Positions 13,333 through 25,600 of a stretch of 64,000 nt of DNA are shown piece after piece. Origin of the DNA: Isurus oxyrinchus (Eukaryota); the NCBI GenBank assembly GCA_026770705.1, contig JANJGN010000021.1:105152001-105216000 (forward strand). The letters are read 5' to 3'. The position numbers and the translations under genes are program-made. Under the pieces are notes generated by a model. The model did no database searches and had not been told where the DNA came from. It saw nothing but the letters and a program-made list of their open reading frames with translations. Each line of letters begins with the position of its first letter. Position 1 is the stretch's first letter.

Positions 13333-13605
13333 CTACACTCTCACTATCCCGTAGACGACCTGTTCTTCATTGCTTCCGAGCCTCTGCACCGGGCCGAACG
13401 GAACCGATTCCTTATGATAATCCGGCTGCCGCAATGCCAAGTACACAAGCGAGTCTCCATTACTGTCTGGACGTGGCACCAACCTACACGCTGTTGGATT
13501 TTTACTCTGTACGCGCGACCTCGCTGTCTCGCCCGCAATCTGATCAGGAGGGTGCTGGCTGAAGTTCACCTTCGTATAAATAAGAGTTTCAGACATGTCT
13601 TCATC
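13333..13605 (-). CDS. Gene B terminal cytoplasmic exon with three ITIMs
   Basis: Acceptor TTTAAG|GAT GAA GAC ATG (phase 0). Open frame containing ETLIYTKV, DSLVYLAL and EQVVYGIVRV-stop. Confidence 0.82.
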   Translation of the reverse strand, partial: DEDMSETLIYTKVNFSQHPPDQIAGETARSRVQSKNPTACRLVPRPDSNGDSLVYLALRQPDYHKESVPFGPVQRLGSNEEQVVYGIVRV

Positions 13606-16600
13606 CTTAAATTAAGCAGATCATCTATTTCAAGTTTCCAAAATAGGGAATAGCTGATAATCTAGGTGCAGAAGCATGTAGCAGTATCACCGATTTGTGA
13701 TTTCACTGACCCACTGCGATTAGCTTCGAGTAAATGGTTTCATTTTTTTCTAACATATCAAGTACCAACCAGACATAGCAATGCTACTTAAACTTCTGAC
13801 TGTTAATGGAACCGTCTATTGTGAGCATATATTGACATTTAGTTAAGGTTATTTTGCTCGCTGTTCAATGAAAATAATTGTCATGTTTTCATATACGGCA
13901 GAACATACCGAAATTGAATAGCCGTTGAGTAATCGTTAGTGATATTACAGACAGGAGACCTTCTAGAATACCCGCCTGAGGAATTGTTGTGCGCTTCGTT
14001 TTCTGTGTCACTTATCGTGGCCAGAGTGAATTTTGCACTCATTGTGGGGATGGGCCAAATTGAGCTGATAAGCCGTTATTCAGCACTGTCGATTATATTC
14101 AGGGCGGAAAATGTCAGTTTGAATTCGCCAACGGTTGCCGGAAGGCTTTTACTGATAGAATGGTTCAGCGCATTGCAGTCATCTTCGAGAGCTCAGTTCA
14201 GTTTCAGCCCACTGCGCTCAGGCGAATAACCCAGCCGAGTTCCCACTTTGGTAGTCTCAACGCAGCCATGTAACGCGTGTCACAAATGCTGGTAACAGCC
14301 GGAGCAGAAGCGAAGTCGCAGAAGCTGTGGTTCCCATATACCATGCATATGGGGTGAACTACAATAAATATGTATTTTGGTGAACGTTCCTAATTCCTAT
14401 CAAATTAGCACGAAAGCTACGCTACTGACCATTCGCCTCGCGCGAAAAGGAAAGAAGCTTTCATCATAAAGAGGTAAGATAGATACTTGAGAGCAGGGAG
14501 GTAATGCAAACTCCGTTTGAGGACAGAATTGATAAATGCGGCACAGGACTGCTTCATGACGCAGTGCGTAAGGGAAGCCCCGAGAGGCAGCAATCATTTT
14601 GACCTAGAACTTATACATAACCATGGACTTGTGCTAGGGAATGAAATTTCTGCACCCCTCTGGGATAATGACCATCGAATCAGATTTGACGTCACCCAGT
14701 CTTCATTGACATAAAGCATTATGGGGCAAAATGCTCATTTGCAACCTAGACGTAAAGTTGGTGTTGTCTTTCTCCCTTTTCATGCGTACCCACTCCCAAT
14801 CCCCGAGGAAACGCTAGGTTAACGCATTCATTTCGTAACAGACGGTCGATTCACTTCGCCAGTTTTAAGCCTGGGCGATAAAGTGTACATCAAACACACT
14901 CCCTCAATTTCCCTTCCTAATACAATCTACTTGTCATAACTAATGTTTGAGGTCAGATAGCCACTACTTGCATTTGCTATTTGTTTTGTTCCCTTTCTAA
15001 TCTTTTGTACCAACATGGTTCTCTGTAATGTGAATCTTATCCCTTCATTTAGCTTCAAAATAGTCGCCATGGTGGCAATCAATCATAGTACAAATCAAAA
15101 GCCTCAATTAAAATATTGTGCATACCTTATTTACAACTTCGGCTTCCGTTCCTTGATCTATAAAAAGGTTTAAGATCGATTAGGCGTTTTGAAACTGGAA
15201 CAAAACTAACAATCCAAATCAATACTAAATGAAAATTTGAAGAATGAAATGTATTTCCTCATTACCGCAATTTGTAACTTTGCAAATCATATTATTCGTA
15301 GTTTAAAATTGTTTAATAATCTTGCAACATGGCAAAACATTTTAACATTTAAGAGTAAGGTGGCCTCTGAAGCAAAATAATTAAAACTGAAATCATGATG
15401 TTTTCTAAGCTGAACATTTAAGTAAGTTTTGAATATTCTATAATATTAATGGCGACCCTGAAATTTTAAGAAGTTAAAAAATATCTAGTTGTATGTGGTG
15501 CCGCAATGACGATTTTTCGTTCTTGCAGTCCTGATACATGGTTTGGATATTCTGCTATCCTTCGCTATCCTCCCTCTACGCCACTCAGCCTCACTTTCCT
15601 TCTTAAAATCTACCTTCTTCGACTAAGTCTTTGGCGGGCCGCCCGAACACATCCCTATGTGGTTCGTTATCAGATTTTGCTTGATGACATTCCTTTGAAG
15701 TACATTGGATATTTTCACTATGATAAAGGCGCCAAACCGATTTTATTCGTGCTTGTTGCTTAACCGGATTAAACAGTTAGACGTCCACGCTGCTCTTCAA
15801 TCCTCCCAGGGTCCTGTTCTTCACTCTCAACGCTACACATGCTACCGCACACACACAATGACGACATGCTGTGTTTTCCCGCAATGTTGGGCCTTTAATG
15901 AGAAAATACTGTGTGGGAAAGTTGAAAATCTATTTCGCTCGTTCTCTGAGCTTCAAGGGCAGACTTTCATAGTGAACCTCTTGAATGCTGTAAAATTTAA
16001 CATGTTATGTAGTTCAATTAATTTCTTCCACGGTGTCGAGATGAAAGGTAATAAAGGGCCAATCACACCCACAAGTGTAGTCTACGCATCACCAAATAGT
16101 GAAAGGCAATCGAAGAAGAAATATGCAGACAAATTAAAGAATTGAGTAGAAAACATAGAATAATAATCATCATCGTCACCAATGATCCTCATATTAATTT
16201 TATAAAAGAGATGAGTAAATGGCATGAGGAAATAGACTTCCTATAATGTATACAGGACACTTTTTAACTCTACATGTAGAAAGCCCAACAAGGGAAGATT
16301 AACAATATCATCTAGTGATGCTGAATGATACGGTAAGCAAAAGTAGGAATGTCTAGGCAATAGTGACCATCATTACAATATACTTTAAGATGATGATAGA
16401 GAAGGACACCATGTTATGACAACTAAACCAATTGATTGGGTAAAATCTCTGCTTCTGAGGAGCTGAGTTTACAACTTGAGCAAATAAAATGGATCACTAT
16501 GTTTGAAAACAACAAAGAAGACAAACAATGGGAAACACTGAAAACAGTGCTGCTAAAAAACAGTGCTGCCGAAGTTTTCCATCTTGCGCCCATCAGGACA

Positions 16601-19600
16601 GATTCGCAGGAATACCATATCTCAAAGTGATTTGTTCCCTTTGAGATTTGTATTTTTTTTTAAAATTCATTCATGGGGTGGGGGCAGCGCTGATGTGGCC
16701 AGCATTTATTGCCTATCTCTAATTATCCTTGAGAAGATGGTAGTGAGCTACCTTCTTGAATTGCTACAGTTCATGTGCTGCAGGTATATCCGCAGAGCTG
16801 TTAGGGAGGTGGTTCCTGGATTTTGACCCAGTAACAGTGAAAGAACAGGGATATATCTCCAAGTCAGGATGGTGATTGCCTTGGAGGGGAAAGTCCAGGT
16901 GGTGCTTTTCTCATACGCCTACTGGCCTTGTTCTTCTAGATGGTTGCAGTCGTGGGTTTGGAAGGATCGGCCTAAGGAGACTTGGCGATTTCATGTAGTG
17001 CATCTTGTTGCCAATGGCGGTGGATGCAGTGAGTGTTTGCGGATGGGGTGCCAATCAATTGGGCTGCTTCATCCTGGATGATGTCAATTTCTTGGGTGTT
17101 ATTGGAGTGGCACTCATCCAGGCAAGTGAAGATTATCCTATTATGCTCCAAATTTGCGCCGTGTATATGGTGGACAGGCTTTGGGGAGTCAGGAGGTGAG
17201 TTACTCGCCGCAGGATTCCTAGCCTTTGACCTAGACTTGTAGCCACAGTATTGAAATGGCTAGCCCAGATCAGTTTCCGGCCAATGGTAGCCCCAGCATT
17301 TTGATAATGGGGCTTTCAGCGATGGTAAAGCCATTGAATGTCAAAATACGATGGTTAGATTCATTCTTGTTGGAGATGGTCATTGCCTGACACTTGTGTG
17401 GCATAAATGTTACTTACCACTTGTCAGCCCAAGTCTGGATATTGTCCAGGTCTTACTGCATTTGGACGTGGATTGCTTTAGTATCTGAGGAGTCACGAAT
17501 GGTGCTGAATATTGTGCAATCATCAGCGAACACCCACACTTCTGACCTGATGGTGGAAGGAAGGTCTTTGATGAAGCAGCTGAAGATGGCTGGGCCAAGG
17601 GCACTAACCTGAGGAACTCCTGCAGTGATGTTCTGGAACTGAAATGATTGACCTCCAACAAACACAAACAGCTCCCTTTGTACCAGATATAATTCCAAAC
17701 AGAAGAGACTTTCCCCCTGATTCCTATTGACTCCATTTTTGATGGGGCTCCTTGATGCCACACCCGGTCCAATGCTGCCTTTATGTCAAGGCCAGTCACT
17801 CTCATCTCACCTCGGGAGTTCAGCTCTTTTGTCCATGTTGAACTAAGGCTTGCATTGAGGTCAGGCGCTGAGTGGCCCTGGCAGAACGCAAACTGAGTGT
17901 CAGTGAGCAGGTTAATGCTAGCAAGTGATAGCACTGTTGATAACCCCTTCTATCACTTTACTGATAATCGAGAGTGGGCTGAAGGATGGGTTGGCTTTGT
18001 CCTGCTTTTTGAATGAAGGATATACCTGGACAATTTTCCACGTTGCCAGGTAAATGTTGCAGCTCTGTGGGACAGCAAGTTCTAAATCACAAGTCTTCAG
18101 TACTATTGCCGGAACATTGTCAGGTCCCATATGCATTGTATTATCCAGTGCCTTGAGCCATTTCTTGATATCATGTGGAATGAATCAAATTGGTTAAGGC
18201 TGGCATCTGTGATTCTGGGGACCTCCAGAGGAGGCTGAGTTGGATCAACCATTTTGCACTTCTAGCTGAAGGTTGGAGCAAATACTTCAGCCTTATTTTT
18301 TGCCCTGAAGTACTGGGCTCCCCCATCATTGAGGATGGGGATATTTGTGGAGTCTCCTCCTCCAGTGAGTTGTTTAATTGTCCACTGCCATTCAAGACTG
18401 GGTGTGGCAGGACTGCAGAGTCTAGATCTGATTCGGTGGTTGTGGGATCGCTGAGCTCTGTCTATTGCTTGCTCATTGCACTGTTTGGCACGCAAGTTGT
18501 CTTGTGTTGTCACTTCACCAGGTTGACTCCTAATTTTTAGGTGTGCCTTGTGCTGCTCCTAGCATACTCTCCTGCACTCTTCATAGCGAATCTGTCCTGA
18601 TGAGTGCAACTTGAAATGCTCAACAGCACATCTCTTCCTTCTGCAATGTTCTAGGTTTGTACTGCCAAGAAACTACTTCAAACAGTGCTAAACATAGTGC
18701 AGGAAAATATATATCCTGCAAAATGGAAAGAAAGCACTAAAAGCTTCTGGGACTCCTTGGATGGATAAAGGATCCAGTAAAGGAACATAAAGGATTAGGA
18801 AGAAGTTATACTTAATCTCAAAGACAGCAGAGGAACGCACGATAAGTGAAAGTACAAAGATATTAGCAGAAATGTCAAAAAAGGAAACAATTAGGAAGTC
18901 AAAGAGGCACGATGACCATTGATTATCAAAGAGCATAAATAACAAAATATTTTGAGAGGCAAATAAATGAAAAGTAGAGGTTGTGATTGGGAAAGTACTG
19001 TCGTAGGATAGACATGATATTAAAACAGAGAGATGGCATAAATATTAAATAAAAAATTGTCTTCAGTATTTGGCAGGAAGAATGAAGACTAAAACATGAC
19101 ATTGGATGATGAGGTCAATAGTGTGATACATGTGATAAAAACAAAATACTGCGGATGCTGGAAATCTAGAATAAAAACAAAATACCTGGAAAAACTCAAC
19201 AGGTCTGACAGCATCTGCAGAGAGGGATACAGTTAACATTTCGAGTCGGAGTGACTCTTCATCAGAACTAAGGAAAAATAGAAAAGAGATGAAGCATAAG
19301 CTGCTCTAAGGGGGCATAGGACAGGTAGATCTGGATAGAGGGTCAGTGATAGGTGGAGATTGCCAAAAGATGCCATAGACAAAAAGATAAAGAGGTGTTG
19401 ATGGTGGTTTTATTAGCTAAGAAATATGCTAATGGGGACATTAAGGGTAAAAAGCAGGACGAGCAAGGGACAGATAGCCCTAGTGGGGGTGAAGTGGGGG
19501 GAAGGGATCGAAATAGGCTAAAAGGTAGGGATAAAACAATGGATGGAAATACATTTAAACATAATGGAAATAGGCGAGAAAATAAATATATATATACATT

Positions 19601-22600
19601 ATTGGAAAAAAGGGAATCAGAAAGGGGCCAGGGTTGGAGAAAAGAGTTCATGATCTAAAGTTGTTGAACTCAATATTCATTCCGGAAGGCTGTAAAGTGC
19701 CTAGTCAGAAGATGAGGGGCTGTTCCTCCAGCTTGCGTTGAGCTTCACTGGAACATTGCAGCAGGCCAAGGATGTACATCTGATCTGTCCACAAGCATGA
19801 CCCTGTAGCCTGCCATTTCAACACTCCACCCTGCTGTCATGCCAACATGTCCGTCCTTGGCCTACTGCAATGTTCCAGTGAAGCTTAACGCAAACTGGAG
19901 GAACAGCACCTCATCTTCCAACTAGGCACTTTACAGCCTTCTGGGCTGAATATTGAGTTCAACAACTTTAATTCATGAACTCTTTCCTCCATCCCCACCC
20001 CCTTTCTATCCCCCCTTTTCCAATAATTTATATATATTTTTCTTTTCCCACCTATTTCCATTATTGTTAAATGTATTTCCATCTATTGTTTTATCTCTAA
20101 CTTTTAGCCTATTTCTATCCCCCACCCCCCAGCCCACCCCCACTAGGGCTATCTGTACTTTGCTCATCCTGCTTTCTACCCTTAATGTCTCCATTAGCAC
20201 ATTTCTTAGCGAATATAACCACCATCAACATCACTTTGTCCTTTTGTCTATGACATCTTTTGGCAATCTCCCCCTATCACTGGCCCTCTATCCAGTTGTA
20301 CCTGTCCCACGCCCTCTTAAACCAGCTTATATTTCACCTCTTTTTTATTTTTCATTAGTTCTGATGAAGAGTCATTCGTACTTGAAGCTTTAACTGTATC
20401 CTCTCTGCAGATGCTGTCTGACTTGCTGAGTTTTTCCAGGTATTTTTCCTTTTGTACTATGATACGTCTGTTTGAAATAAAAAGAGGGTGTATTGCTTGA
20501 ACTAAACAAACGCGAAGAGGATGACGATCCGGGTCTGGAGTGATTGCAATAACTAATTTTAAAAGAATCTAGGGAGAAGATAGCAGAGGTATTAAATTAG
20601 GTGTCCCACCAGAGGATGTAATTCCTATATTTAAGAAGGGGGTCAGAACATGTCCAGGGAATTGTAGGCCAGTCATCTTAAAATCAGCAGTGGGAAGGTT
20701 CATGGATTCCTTACTAAAGGAGAGAACAGAGAGCATCTACAATATGCTGAACATAATAATATGTGGATTTCAAAAGGGAATATTTTGCCTTGCCAATTTT
20801 ATGGACTCTTCTGGTAGGTAAAAGAACGACTAAAGACTGGTAACTCAAGAGACTTAATTTATCTTGATTTTCAAAAGGCCTTTGATAAGATGCTTAGATT
20901 AATGAATAAGACCGGAAAATGCAGAATTAGAGGGCAGGTGGCAGAATGGATTGCTAGCTGGCTTCAAGACCGAAAACAGAGTATCAGTAAAGGGTAGTTA
21001 TTCAGAATGCCAGACTGTAGGAAATAACATTTCACAGGGATCAGTGCTTAGGTCGCTGTTGTAGACAGTTTACATTAATGATTTGGACTTTGGAATCAAA
21101 AACACAAATTCTAAATTTCCAGAAAACACTAATGCGGGAGATAGTTAATACTTAGGAGGGCATCAACAAATTACATGAAGTTATTAATAAAATTGTAGAA
21201 TGGGCAAATAATTGACAAATTAAGTTCCAAGCATTTAAATGTGAGATAGAACATTTTGGTAGGAAGGCTAGGGTGGACACTTATTACTTGAAAGGTGCAC
21301 ATATAGGTGGGGTAGAAGAACAGAAGGACCTCAGAGTACAAATACATCAATCACGTTAGCAAAGCAAGTCAAGCACTACCTTATATTTAAAGGGGAGAGA
21401 ATTGAAAAGTAAGGAATTCATGTTAAACCTGTACCAAACCTTGGTTAGACAACCTTAGAGTACGGCGTGCAGTTTTGTTCGACATGTTATAAAAAGAGTA
21501 TGCAAGCAATAGAGAGGGTGCATAGAAGCTTTACAAAGATTATACTGGAAATGCGTGTATATACATCTCAGGAAAGTATTGACAGGCTATTGTCTTCTCT
21601 CTTGGAAAAAACGTGACTGGGTAGCGAGTGGGGGTGCGTGGGGTGGGGGTGGGGGTTGGTAGTGGTGGTGACCTAATAGAAGTCTTTAAAAATCAAAAAA
21701 TTGTTGCAGGTAATACAGGGCGAATGTTTCCCCTAGTGGGGAAGTGCATAACTAGAAGCTATCAGCATACGATACTATAGGCAACAGATATTTTTATTTC
21801 TGTTGGACTGCTGTAAACAAACATTACATTTATTTTCTTGAACTGCGGCTTTAAAAATTGGACTGTGGCTTCAAAACTACCAGGGCTGTAGTTGAAAGAC
21901 ATGTCCCTGGAGCAGGGTATGGAATATACAATGTTGGACCTCCTGGAACAGAAGGTGCCAGGTTGAATGGCATGGTGCTAGAAGGGGGAACTGCCTAGCA
22001 ACAAGGTTTTAATTGGCTCTTGATCAGGTGATCAAGGTTTTGTTTGATAGCAATGAGCAGCTAAATCCAAGCCTGCAAAGAGAGCACGCCTAAATCCTCT
22101 CTCCCCTGTGTGTGTAAGATTCCAGTAAATCTACAAGGCTAGCTGGCTGGCTGTTTGTTCATATCTATGTAGCCTGCTCTCTCTGAAAGCACCCTGTCAA
22201 GAGGAAAAGGGGAAAATCATCAGTTGGGACATTGAAAAGCAAGTTTTCAATCAGTGAACAGCAGACCGAAAGGGCTGGGAAGTTATCTCATGTCATTAAT
22301 AATGAACTGCAAGCAATTCGGGAAGGTATCAATCAAAATCGACCCATCTAATCCCATACTCCAGATTGATGCCATTGAACTGTTTAACCTTACCCTTAAA
22401 ATCCATGTTTGTNNNNNNNNNNNNNNNNNNNNNNNNNNNNNNNNNNNNNNNNNNNNNNNNNNNNNNNNNNNNNNNNNNNNNNNNNNNNNNNNNNNNNNNN
22501 NNNNNNNNNNNNNNNNNNNNNNNNNNNNNNNNNNNNNNNNNNNNNNNNATGGCAGAGTTTAAATTATAGAGTTAAAAGTTAACAGTTCATATTTCTCTCT

Positions 22601-25600
22601 TTTGCCACTGGTTAAGAGCAATGTGTTAAATAAACCGTTATTTACTTGTTAAGTTTACAAATCTGCTGCTGGTATTCTGTTATCCGAAATTAAACAGTTA
22701 AGTAGAATTGCACAATTTGGACCAGAAGATGTAGGAGCCATTCGGCCCTTCGAGTGCTCCGCCATTCAATTACATCATGGTTGATCTGATGATCCTCAAC
22801 TCCACTTTCCTGCCTTTTCCACTTAACCCTGGATCCCCTGACTTGTAAAAATCTGTCTGTCTCAGCCTTGAATATACTTAAAGACCCACCCTCTACCGCC
22901 CTCTGCAGTAAAGAATTCCACAGATTGGCTACCCTCTGAGAGAAGAATTCCTCCTCATCTCTGTCTTAAATGCGTGCCCCCTTAATCTGAGATTATGCCC
23001 TCTGGTCCTAGACTCTCCCACAAGGGGAAACAACCTCTCAGCATCTCTCAGCATCTACCCTGTCAAGCCCTCTCAGAAACTTACATGTTTCAATAATGTC
23101 ACCTCTCATTCTTCTAAACTCCAATGAGTACAGGCCCAACCTACTCAAACTCCCCTCATAAGAAACTCTCTCCATCACCGGGATCAACTGAATTAACATT
23201 CTCTGGACTGCCAGTATATCTTCCCTTAGATAAGGGGACCAAAACAGTTTGCAATATTCTAGGTGCGGTCTAACTAGTGCCTTGCATGGTTTTAGCAAAA
23301 CTTCTCTATTTTTATACTCCATTCCCTTTGAAATAAATATCAACATTCCATTTCCCTTCCCAATTACCCGCTGAACTCGTATGCTAGCTTCTTGGAATTC
23401 ATGCACGAGGGACTCTAAATCCCTCTGTGCTGCAGCTTTCTTTAGCCCTTCTTCATTTAAATAATATTCAGCTCCTCTATTCTTCATGCCAAAGTGCATA
23501 ACCTCACACTTTCCCACATTTATTCCATCTGCCATGTTTTTGCCCACACACTTAACCTGCCTATCTTTCTGTAGAATCTTTGTGTCATCCTCACCACTGG
23601 CTTTCCAACCTATTTTTGTGCCATCTGCAAACTTGGGGATAGTACATTAATTTATCTCATCCAAGTTATCAATATATATAGTAAATAATTCTGGCCCCAG
23701 AGCTGATCCCTGTGGCACTCCAGATGCCATCTGGAAATGCCCCCCATTTCCCAACTCTCGCTCTTCTATTAGTTAGCAACATCATGGGCCCTTATCTTAT
23801 TAAGTAAGCTTAAGCGTGGTACCCTATCGAACGCCGTTTAGCAATCCAAATATGTTATATCTACTGGTTCCCCTTTATCTATCCTGCTTGTTACCTCCTC
23901 AAAGAATGATATTAAATTTGTCAGGTATGATTTCCACTTCATGAAGTCATGCTAACTCTGCTTGATTAGATTATGCTTTTCCTAAAGCTCTGTTATTACA
24001 CCCTTTATAATAGACTCCAACATTTTCCTAATGACAGATGTTAAGCTAACTGGCCTATAGTTACCTATTTTTTTGTCTCCCTCCCTTTTTAAATAAGGGT
24101 GTTACATTGGCAGTTTTCCAATCCCCTGGGACTTTTCCAGAATCAAAGAACTCTTAGAAGATTACTACCAGTGCATCCACTATCTCAGCAGCTATTTCCT
24201 TTAATATTCTAAGATGCACCTCATTAAGCCCAGGTGACTTATCTTCCCTTTGCCCCATTACTTTCCTGAGTACTTTTTTCTCTAGTAAAACTTATTGTAT
24301 TTATTTCTTCCCCACCTTTTGCTCCACGATTATTTAATATGTTTGGTATGTTACTAGTGTCTTCTACCGTGAAGACTGATGCAAAGTATTTATTCAACTC
24401 CTCTGCCATTTCCTGGCTCCCAATTATTATTGCCCCAGTCTCATTTTCTAAGGGCCCTGTACTGACTTTGGTTTCTCTCTTCCTTTTTATATATTTAAAC
24501 AAACCCTTATGGCCGATTTTTATATTACTTGCTAGTTTATCCTCAAAGTTTATTTTCTCTCTATTTTTTTTGGCATTTTCTGTTGGATTTTTTAAAACTT
24601 TCCCAATCCTCTGGCTTACCATTAACCTTTGCCACATTGTATGTTTTTTTTCTTTCACATTGATACTATCCTGACCTTCTTTGGTTAACAATGTTTGAGT
24701 TTTCCCTTCCTACAATCCTCCTTCCTCACTAAGATATATCTTTGTTGTGAGTCATGAACTATTTTCTTAAATGTCTGCTATTGCTCATCAACCATCTTTT
24801 TTTCTAAACTCCTTTCCCAGTCCACTCCAGCCAACTCTGCCCTCATTCCATTGTAATTACCCTTATTTAAGTTTAGCACAGATGTTTCCAATCTAAGTTC
24901 CTCACTTTCAAACTGAATGCTAAATTCCACCATGTTATGGTCACTTTTTCCTAGGGTATCTTTTACTCTGAGATCATTTATTTAACCTGCCTCATTACAC
25001 GTTACCAGATCCAAAATAGCCTGATCCCTGTTTGGATCCACAACATCTTTTTCTAGGTAACTGTCCTGAATACAATCTATGAATTTTTGCTTGTGGCTAG
25101 CTCGGCCAATTTCATTTTCCCAATCTGCATGGAGATTAAAGTCACCCATGATTAATGTGCTACCTTTTTTACATGCCCTCATTATTTCCTGATTTATTCT
25201 CTGTCTGGCAGCATAACCACTGTTAGGGGGCATTTAGACTATTCCCACCAGTGTCTTCTTCCCGTTTTGTTTCTCACCTCCACCCTTTTGGATTCCACAT
25301 CTTCTGATCCAAGATCATTTCTTGCTATCGTACTTATTCCATCTCGTACTAACAAAGCTACCCCACCACCCTTTCCTTCCTGCCTGTCTTTTGAAATGTC
25401 ACATACCCCTGAATATATAGTTCCCATCTTTGATCTCCTTGCAAGCATGTCTCCAATGGTTATGAGATCATACCCATTAATTCTTATTTGTGCCGTTAAT
25501 TCATCTATTTTGTTCCTAATGCTACGTGCATTTAGGTAAAGAACCCTTAATTGTGCCTTTTCCCCCCCTTTGATCCTTTCTGCTATTGTGTTTTATGTTT

